A stretch of 64,000 nt of DNA, from the NCBI GenBank assembly GCA_016432485.1, contig CP066691.1, positions 587,538 to 651,537 of the forward strand, written 5' to 3'. This DNA is from Candidatus Niyogibacteria bacterium (GTDB lineage Bacteria; Patescibacteriota; Minisyncoccia; HO2-45-28). Below are positions 57,765 through 64,000 of this stretch, one piece after another. Under the pieces are notes generated by a model. That model did not search any database. It saw only the letters and a program-made list of their open reading frames with translations, and was not told where the DNA came from. Every line of letters starts with the position of its first letter. Position 1 is the first letter of the stretch. The translations under genes were made by a program, and so were the position numbers.

Positions 57765-58190
57765 TTACTTTTGGAGTTCTTGTTTGCGGCGAGCAAATTC
57801 AATTTGTAGGCGTGTTTTTGTTTTTTCTTCAAGAATGCCGTTTAAATTCCATAGCACCGTCCAGTCATACTTCGCTGAAAGTCGGCGAAAAAGTTCATAT
57901 ACAGCCATTCTTTCTTCAGAAATTATTTTTAAATTCTTGTCTTTTGTTTTGGAGCGCTCTTTTTCAGTGTCAACAGACCTCTCAAGTTCTTTCGCGTTTT
58001 TTTCTTTAGAGAAAGGAAAAAAGTTATGGAGTTCCACAAAAATCTCTTTCGGATATTTTAACAAATCTTCTATAACGGGCAGGTCTTCGGGCTTTATATC
58101 CCTGTCTTCAATAAACCTTTGAAATCTTTTTTCTTCCAAAGGAGAAGGTTCTTGTTGTGGGACCGACGACTCGCTACTTGATTCTTTCAT
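57765..58190 (-). CDS. Hypothetical protein
   Basis: 141-aa charged ORF. Confidence 0.65.
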   Translation of the reverse strand: MKESSSESSVPQQEPSPLEEKRFQRFIEDRDIKPEDLPVIEDLLKYPKEIFVELHNFFPFSKEKNAKELERSVDTEKERSKTKDKNLKIISEERMAVYELFRRLSAKYDWTVLWNLNGILEEKTKTRLQIEFARRKQELQK

Positions 58191-58251
58191 TATATTTTAT
58201 GGATTGATTAAAAATTGATTTGAGATTTTCTTTTAGAAATTCCACTTTGTG

Positions 58252-58323
58252 GGTGCCTAGAGGGATTCGAACCCTCGATAATTCCTCCACAGGGAACCGT
58301 GTTACCGCTACACCATAGGCACC
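58252..58323 (-). tRNA. tRNA-His(GTG)
   Basis: gttcc-ctgtgga-ggaat; G-1:C73. Confidence 0.93.
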
Positions 58324-58357
58324 ATTTTTGCCCGACACTTGGTGTCGGGCATTGGAT

Positions 58358-58600
58358 TTATTCGCGTAAAAGTTCTTGTTGGCCCTCTTTTTCTCCCAAG
58401 ATTTTTCGGCGCATGGCTTCCAGGGCTTCATCAGCGGCTTTTTTTTCGCGCCTGCGATCTTTTGGCGTTATCACTTTTTTTACCCCCTTTACGCCCTGCA
58501 TTTCAAGAATCATTTCTTTATCTTCAGGCGTCAGATTGTATTTTTCTTCGTTCTTTTCAGGCGTTTCTTGCGGCCGAAGGGAAAATTCTTCTTTAGGCAT
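58358..58600 (-). CDS. Hypothetical protein
   Basis: 80-aa charged ORF with downstream hairpin. Confidence 0.55.
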   Translation of the reverse strand: MPKEEFSLRPQETPEKNEEKYNLTPEDKEMILEMQGVKGVKKVITPKDRRREKKAADEALEAMRRKILGEKEGQQELLRE

Positions 58601-58669
58601 GACCCTATAATAACAAAAAAATGCCTTTTGGCAAGAAAAAAGGCCCAAAACGGGCCGCAAACTATTACG

Positions 58670-59197
58670 CTATTCCGATGGCACGCCGGGCCATTCCTCA
58701 ATTCTAATCACCAGAGATTTTAAAGCTTGAATCAGCCGATCAAATGCCTGCCGCGCTTTTGGATTGTCCGAAAATAGCTTCTTTAATTCTTTGTTGCAAA
58801 ATCTGCGAGTATCTTTTCGAGCATGAACCATAAAAGTGTTGTTGTACAGCGAAGCATAGATTATAGACTCCTGAACATGAATATCGGATAAAGCCTTTGA
58901 CAATTCTTGACTATATGGATAACCTGCCCCCCTATAAAAATCTAATTGTAGGAGAGGCGGCAGATAGCACCCAAACATCTCTTGGAGCGCATAGAAAAGA
59001 GGATGAAAGACAGAATCGCGGCTATCCACAACTATTCTGGCTCGGGTTATTTTTCTGTTAAGAGGAGTATTACGGGCTTCTTCCAGCAGAAGGCGTATTA
59101 ATGCTAGATGCAAAAAATTTGTAAAACAGATTTCGTTCAAACTTTCTTGCCGCATACCGCCGCCTACGGCCATTCCCAACCTAAAAGTGGCGAGCAT
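58670..59197 (-). CDS. Hypothetical protein, paralog of 59320-59811
   Basis: Shared H..F...Q..FG..LP.L..L.F......PYS.ELS. Confidence 0.65.
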   Translation of the reverse strand: MLATFRLGMAVGGGMRQESLNEICFTNFLHLALIRLLLEEARNTPLNRKITRARIVVDSRDSVFHPLFYALQEMFGCYLPPLLQLDFYRGAGYPYSQELSKALSDIHVQESIIYASLYNNTFMVHARKDTRRFCNKELKKLFSDNPKARQAFDRLIQALKSLVIRIEEWPGVPSE

Positions 59198-59319
59198 TTT
59201 ATCTCTCCCTCAGGTTATTTGAGGATATTTACAACCCAAAAAGATTGTATCGCTATTCCGCTTTAAATACAAGCGCCCTGTTTTTTACAAGAAAACGGCC
59301 CTGATTGGGCCGCGTCTAT

Positions 59320-59811
59320 CTATATCGGGTAAATTCTTGTTTCTTTTAATGCTTCGCGAAGAAGTTTTTCTTTGAGGAAATCCACAAAGTCGCCGAAGAT
59401 TCGCAAGCGAATTTCATCATTTTTAAAGATCTCGCTCGTCTCTTTAAGCACTTCCTGAACACCATCTTTTTGCGATACTACATCAAAAGAATTTTCCCGC
59501 GTGCCAAAAATCTCTATGAATCTGCTCAGTCTTAAGATAGCCATGGTCTCACTAAGTTCGCGGCTATAAGGAAACGCGCCTCTTTTGGAAAAACGCAGTT
59601 CGTTTAATTCGGGAAGCGTTTGACCAAACCTTTTTTGAGCTTGCAGAAACACCCCGTGAAGCTTATCCGGACTATATTCAAATGTGCATCTAATGCGGCT
59701 GTCACCAAAACTAAGCACAATTGTTTTTAGGGCGAGAGTAAGAATATCCACGAAAATCGTCTTTGAATCGGGGGTGCTTTTCGTTTCCTCGGACACGCAA
59801 TCAACCTCCAA
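59320..59811 (-). CDS. Hypothetical protein, paralog of 58670-59197
   Basis: PYSRELS motif. Confidence 0.65.
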   Translation of the reverse strand: MEVDCVSEETKSTPDSKTIFVDILTLALKTIVLSFGDSRIRCTFEYSPDKLHGVFLQAQKRFGQTLPELNELRFSKRGAFPYSRELSETMAILRLSRFIEIFGTRENSFDVVSQKDGVQEVLKETSEIFKNDEIRLRIFGDFVDFLKEKLLREALKETRIYPI

Positions 59812-59842
59812 GAGATGAACTACATCCTAAAATATTATTATA

Positions 59843-60091
59843 TTATTCCGCTTTAAATACAAGCGTTCCGTCTTTGGTCGGCTGGTCAACTTTTATCGCT
59901 ACTTCCTGACCTTTCTTAGCCGATTTAATCGCTTCGTGCTCAAGTTGCATTGACTCAACGGTCTGTGAAAATTCATTCTCTCCTTTCACGAATTTAACTT
60001 CGTCGCCCGCCTTGAGCGCGCCGTTTAGCTTAACCACGGCCACCATGGCCTTGTCGTAATAATGTATTACTTTGCCTAATGGTTTATTCAT
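59843..60091 (-). CDS. Small EF-Tu domain II-like beta-barrel protein
   Basis: GKVIHYYDKAMVAVV, QTVESMQ, GQEVAIKV. Confidence 0.75.
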   Translation of the reverse strand: MNKPLGKVIHYYDKAMVAVVKLNGALKAGDEVKFVKGENEFSQTVESMQLEHEAIKSAKKGQEVAIKVDQPTKDGTLVFKAE

Positions 60092-60180
60092 ATTAAAAAA
60101 TGTTTAACCCGACCTTTACCATAATAATTCTATCATATATAATGGGTTCGGTTTTGAAAACTGAAAAAGGAGGAAAATGA

Positions 60181-61380
60181 ATGCGAGATGTTGCGATAAT
60201 TGGCGCGGGAATGACCCCTTGCCGTTCAAGATGGCTTGAAAAAACATTTTGGGAACTTTCCCAAATGGCAGTGGCTGAAGCAGTGCGCGATGCCCATATT
60301 CATATCAAAGAAATTGATGCCGGTGTGGTGGGTATTTACAACGATATTTTTGAGTTCCAGGCTATCCCCGAAAGCGGATTACAGGGGATCATCGGTCTAG
60401 CGAATAAGCCCCTGAAAAGATGCTCAAGTGGGGGCGCTACCGGCGCTTATACCATGCTTGAAGGATATACCTGGGTTGCAAGCGGACTTTATGATTTGGT
60501 TTTGGTTTTGGGAGTTGAGAAAGCGCTTGACTGCTACGATTTTGAAGCCCAAAGCCCGACACCGGCGGTGGTGCAAACCATTAGTTATTCTTGGGATCCC
60601 TGGTTTGAGCGGCCACTTGGCGCGCACGCCTCTTCAAGCTATGCAAAAGTCATTGCCGCTTATATGGACGAACATTCCGGCGACCTTGACCCACTGGCAA
60701 GAGCAAAAATTGTTGAACTTCTTTGCCAGCAAGCGCAAAATAATCCCTACGCCCAGCGTCTGGGTGAAAAGGTAACGGCGGATCAAGTCGTGCGGTCGCG
60801 TTATGTTGTCCATCCAATTCGGGCTCTTGAAACTTGCGTCTACACCGAGGGCGCGTGCGCTTTGGTTTTTGCTTCAGAAGAAATAGCCAAGGACATAGCC
60901 AAACGCAGCGGTCGCGATCCTGTCTGGATTACCGGCGTTGGCGCGGCTAATGAAAACTATTTTGTTGGCAGAGATATAACCCGTTATAAAGTTCTGAACC
61001 GCATTTATTCCGATTATCTTGCAACCAAGAAAGCTCTTGGGATGGCCCGTCTTACCATCAACGATATTCAAGTCATTGAACTGCATGATGCTTTCATCCC
61101 GCAAATGATGATTACGCTTGCTGAAATGGGAGTTGTGCCTTTGGGCCGCGCAGATGATCTGGTTAACGAGGGCATCATAATGCCTGGCGGCCGACTGTTA
61201 GTGAATCCTTCGGGTGGATTGGTTTTCGGCGGACATTTTGTCGGCGGATCAAACATGATGTCAACCTGGAGCGTTATGCGAGAGATGAGAACAAGGAATT
61301 TTGAACACGGCATGATTCATGGAACCGGCGCCAGCCGTTCAATCTACGGCGTGGCTGTTGTCCTTGAAAGGAGGGGTTGA
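60181..61380 (+). CDS. SCP-x-type thiolase-like protein
   Basis: VAIIGAG, VLGVEK, EGACALV, IELHDAF, VNPSGG..GGH. Confidence 0.85.
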   Translation: MRDVAIIGAGMTPCRSRWLEKTFWELSQMAVAEAVRDAHIHIKEIDAGVVGIYNDIFEFQAIPESGLQGIIGLANKPLKRCSSGGATGAYTMLEGYTWVASGLYDLVLVLGVEKALDCYDFEAQSPTPAVVQTISYSWDPWFERPLGAHASSSYAKVIAAYMDEHSGDLDPLARAKIVELLCQQAQNNPYAQRLGEKVTADQVVRSRYVVHPIRALETCVYTEGACALVFASEEIAKDIAKRSGRDPVWITGVGAANENYFVGRDITRYKVLNRIYSDYLATKKALGMARLTINDIQVIELHDAFIPQMMITLAEMGVVPLGRADDLVNEGIIMPGGRLLVNPSGGLVFGGHFVGGSNMMSTWSVMREMRTRNFEHGMIHGTGASRSIYGVAVVLERRG

Positions 61381-62432
61381 CAATGGCGAAGACGGAAGAA
61401 AAGAAACATATTATTACACCAGAAATGTGGCCGGAAGCTCGAATGGAAACAGTTCAAGGCCAAGACGGCCGGCCGTATCTTGTTCAAAATAATATTATGT
61501 TCACAGGAGTTCGACATTCACGAGGCGAATTTTCACCGTTTTTTATTGATATTCGCGATAAATGCCGAATTTTTGGCCACCGTTGTCCAGAGTGCAGGCA
61601 TATTATTGTTCCGCCTTATCAACAACGCTGTGTTGGCGAGTGTAACTTTGTTCCACTGGTTAAAGAGTATGTCAAGGATATCGGGGTTTTGGTTGCTACT
61701 CCGGTCATAACTGTTTTTCCGCCGGCTCTTTTCAAAGACGCGGTTCCTTTTGGCGAAGGTGATGTTTATCTTGAAACGGTTGACGGCGAATTAACTGACA
61801 CCGCTTTACCTGTTTGTGTTCGGACAACTACCGGCGCAATCCGCCCCGGTATTTACAAAAGGGGTACGCCGGTCAAAATTGTTTTTTGCAATCAACGCGA
61901 GGGCAGCGCGCGAGACATTTTTGTTATCCCCCAATCGGAACTGACACCAGAACAGATAGCCAAAAGTCCTCTTTTTGAACACGAACTTCGTTGGGCAAGT
62001 GTTGCTGAAATTAAAGAGGAAGAAAATCCAGCGATGCGTCAGGTTTTTGAGGAATGTTTTGAACTCTTTTGCCGGTTGAGAGATATGGTATCTCAAAGTC
62101 GGCGAGCGAAAAAAGATCTTGCAAATTGGCATAGAATTGTTCATATCAAAACGAAAGTGGGAACATTTGAATTAAGTTTTTATAATGGCACTTTTGCTCC
62201 CGCAAGAAAACCCGGAGGCAAAGAACCACAGCTTATTATCGTTATTCCGGATCCGAGACAGTTATCATTGTGGCTAAAAGATAGTATGAAAAGACAGAAC
62301 GAACAGCTGGAGAGCCCGGCTCTGACAGACCTTGTGCTTGAGGGCGTGATTATTTTGGATCGGCCGGAGATTGAAACTGTTATTCGGCTTGACCGCATTC
62401 CAAGGTCTTTACGCCGAGACGGAGTTGTCTAA
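61377..62432 (+). CDS. DUF35 Zn-ribbon/OB-fold protein with C-terminal SCP2-like extension
   Basis: RCPECRHIIVPP...C...C then OB-fold; coupled to the thiolase-like gene. Confidence 0.7.
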   Translation: MTMAKTEEKKHIITPEMWPEARMETVQGQDGRPYLVQNNIMFTGVRHSRGEFSPFFIDIRDKCRIFGHRCPECRHIIVPPYQQRCVGECNFVPLVKEYVKDIGVLVATPVITVFPPALFKDAVPFGEGDVYLETVDGELTDTALPVCVRTTTGAIRPGIYKRGTPVKIVFCNQREGSARDIFVIPQSELTPEQIAKSPLFEHELRWASVAEIKEEENPAMRQVFEECFELFCRLRDMVSQSRRAKKDLANWHRIVHIKTKVGTFELSFYNGTFAPARKPGGKEPQLIIVIPDPRQLSLWLKDSMKRQNEQLESPALTDLVLEGVIILDRPEIETVIRLDRIPRSLRRDGVV

Positions 62433-62475
62433 AATAAAAAACCGCCGCCACGCAACTGCGTGACGGCTTTTTGTT

Positions 62476-62550
62476 TGGCGGGGCCGGCAGGATTTGAACC
62501 CGCATCTTCGGGATTTGGAGTCCCGCTCTTTTGCTTTAAGATACGACCCC
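62476..62550 (-). tRNA. tRNA-Trp(CCA)
   Basis: cggga-ctccaaa-tcccg; G73 and CCA; D-loop lacks GG. Confidence 0.88.
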
Positions 62551-62565
62551 GCCCGAATTATTACA

Positions 62566-62641
62566 TGGTGGGCCCGCTCCGATTCGAACGGAGGACCAAT
62601 CGGTTATGAGCCGATAGCTCTGCCAATTGAGCTACGGGCCC
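62566..62641 (-). tRNA. tRNA(CAT), probably Ile2
   Basis: atcgg-ctcataa-ccgat; GGGCCC acceptor, A73 and CCA. Confidence 0.88.
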
Positions 62642-62771
62642 CGTTAGTAGATTTTGGCATTGCTTTTGTGTTTACAACAAACGACTGGCTATTTTGCAGT
62701 TATGCGATATTGTCTTGTGTTGAGAAAACACACCAAAAAGCAAAAACACTATGCCAAAATTCACTACGGGG
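62639..62771. mobile_element. 133-bp MITE-like fold-back element inserted in the tRNA(CAT) 5' end
   Basis: Ends ccccgttagt / actacgggg; long internal inverted repeat; cggg duplicated on both flanks. Confidence 0.7.
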
Positions 62772-62839
62772 CGGGCCCACCGAAGAAACTCAGGTAACGA
62801 TAAAAGAAGTATACCAAAATAAAGCTAAAAAGTCAAGTG

Positions 62840-62921
62840 TGCGCAGGGGGGGACTTGAACCCCCAAGCCTTACGGCATACGCCCCTCAAGCGTACGAGTT
62901 TACCAGTTTCTCCACCTGCGC
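62840..62921 (-). tRNA. tRNA-Leu(GAG)
   Basis: tacgc-ttgaggg-gcgta. Confidence 0.95.
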
Positions 62922-62936
62922 TTAGTAGTCGGTTTT

Positions 62937-63386
62937 TTAGACCCCCTCTTTATTTTCTTTTTTCGGCTTTTCTTTTTTTATCACCTCCTCGGCTTCGCTC
63001 GGGGCAAGCATCACTTTTTCAACCTGGATGAGTTTTTTCATTTTCTTGCGTATTTCTCGCGCGGCTTTGTCGCGGATATAGTAAAGTTTAGCGCGTCTGA
63101 CTTTTGAACGGCTTACGATTTCTATTTTTTCTATAGTCGGCGAATATAGCGGAAAAATTCTTTCAACGCCCACGCCGGCTGAAACTTTGCGAATCGTAAA
63201 AGTCGCGCCGGGCTCGCGGCCGTGTTTTCGGGCAATAACCAGACCTTCAAATGCCTGAAGGCGCGATTTATCCCCCTCTTTGACTTTTTGCCATACTTTT
63301 ATAGTGTCGCCGGTGCTGAAGTCTATTTTGGCCCGCGCGCCGATGTCTACCGGCGAAAACTTGATTTTTTCTCTTAATAAAGTCAT
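62937..63386 (-). CDS. rplS: 50S ribosomal protein L19
   Basis: [28 protein letters not shown]. Confidence 0.96.
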   Translation of the reverse strand: MTLLREKIKFSPVDIGARAKIDFSTGDTIKVWQKVKEGDKSRLQAFEGLVIARKHGREPGATFTIRKVSAGVGVERIFPLYSPTIEKIEIVSRSKVRRAKLYYIRDKAAREIRKKMKKLIQVEKVMLAPSEAEEVIKKEKPKKENKEGV

Positions 63387-63487
63387 AAATTAATTTTTAT
63401 CATGTTTGACGCCCCTCGACAAGCTCGGGGCGCTTTGTTTCGTTGATTTGTAATTTACACTGAGCGAGGCTTTGCCGAGTCGGAGTG

Positions 63488-63559
63488 CGGCCCCAAGGGG
63501 AATCGAACCCCTATTTTCACCTTGAAAGAGTGACGTCCTAGCCGCTAGACGATGGGGCC
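63488..63559 (-). tRNA. tRNA-Glu(TTC)
   Basis: tcact-ctttcaa-ggtga. Confidence 0.95.
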
Positions 63560-63605
63560 TAAACTCTACCCATTTTATCATTTTTTGCGTAGAATTCAAG
63601 CTATT

Positions 63606-64000
63606 ATGCGGCGCGCTTTTCCGGCTCTAATAATTTTTGGTTTTGCTCTGGGCGTGTTTTCCGAGTCATTTTTCGCGTTCGGCTGGCCGTTCGCCCTGCT
63701 TATTATAATAGTAAGCGTTTTTTTATATATATTTTCGCGTTTTAAGGAAGTTGGCGTGTTGGCCGCAATTTCGGTTCTCCTTTTTTCTTTCGGTTTTGGG
63801 ATTTTGCGCTACGAAATTAAAGACAACGCGTCTGTTTCGTCGGAATTGCAGCCAATAGTTGGGCAGAAAGTTTTACTAGAGGGTTTTGTCAGCGATGAGC
63901 CGGATGAGCGCGAAAATTCAACCCGTCTGATTTTAAAAACGAACGACGGAGACAAAATTTTACTGGTTACCAATCGTTATCCCGAATTTTCGTACGGCGA
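63606..64000 (+). CDS. comEC: ComEC/Rec2 competence protein, N-terminal part (3'-partial)
   Basis: MRRAFPALIIFGFALG, TMs, then GILRY...LEGFVSDEPDERE...YPEFSYG (DUF4131-like). Confidence 0.7.
   Translation, partial: MRRAFPALIIFGFALGVFSESFFAFGWPFALLIIIVSVFLYIFSRFKEVGVLAAISVLLFSFGFGILRYEIKDNASVSSELQPIVGQKVLLEGFVSDEPDERENSTRLILKTNDGDKILLVTNRYPEFSYG

Larger units (their letters stand above)
53114..58323. mobile_element. About 5.2-kb island at tRNA-His, no integrase
   Basis: Bounded by tRNA-His and its degenerate copy; AT-rich small cargo genes. Confidence 0.65.

Noticed and set aside
1-64000. Recoded TGA (code 25)
   Set aside because: TGA ends conserved genes such as infB and rbfA at expected lengths, and ORFs are intact under code 11.

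Overview
64-kb chromosomal segment read by eye from the sequence and ORF track; no database searches were run. It is most consistent with a Patescibacteria (CPR, Parcubacteria-like) genome using code 11. This is inferred from the short IF-2, ValRS without the C-terminal coiled coil, a secretin-less type IV pilus operon, the two-component pair ahead of pilB, and abundant small repeats. Core genes include cca, a Xer-type recombinase, hppA, nusA, pilB/C/M/N/O with pilins, rluA-family, tsaD, valS, prsW, hsp20, rbfA, infB, htrA, rplS and a partial comEC, plus 21 tRNA genes. The main signal is that tRNA genes here have been repeatedly invaded and rebuilt. At five loci (Gly-TCC, Phe, Leu-TAA, Cys, Ser-CGA) an orphan 5' piece of a divergent tRNA lies upstream of the intact gene, ending at or before the anticodon. 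In two cases a LAGLIDADG or HNH nuclease gene sits between them, and at Cys the new tRNA is nested inside the old one between 13-bp inverted repeats. This suggests tRNA-replacing selfish elements. Other highlights: a D-arm-less G3:U70 tRNA-like RNA paired with a downstream antisense leader; a MITE that regenerates the tRNA(CAT) 5' end; tRNA 3'-end mini-elements; shared tails downstream of tRNAs; a tRNA-His island holding small membrane genes with a shared MKNWLKxNW leader; a parS-like cluster in and around yraN; an ABC1 kinase flanked by twin 52-aa microproteins; and a thiolase-like gene lacking the canonical catalytic cysteines paired with a DUF35 gene.
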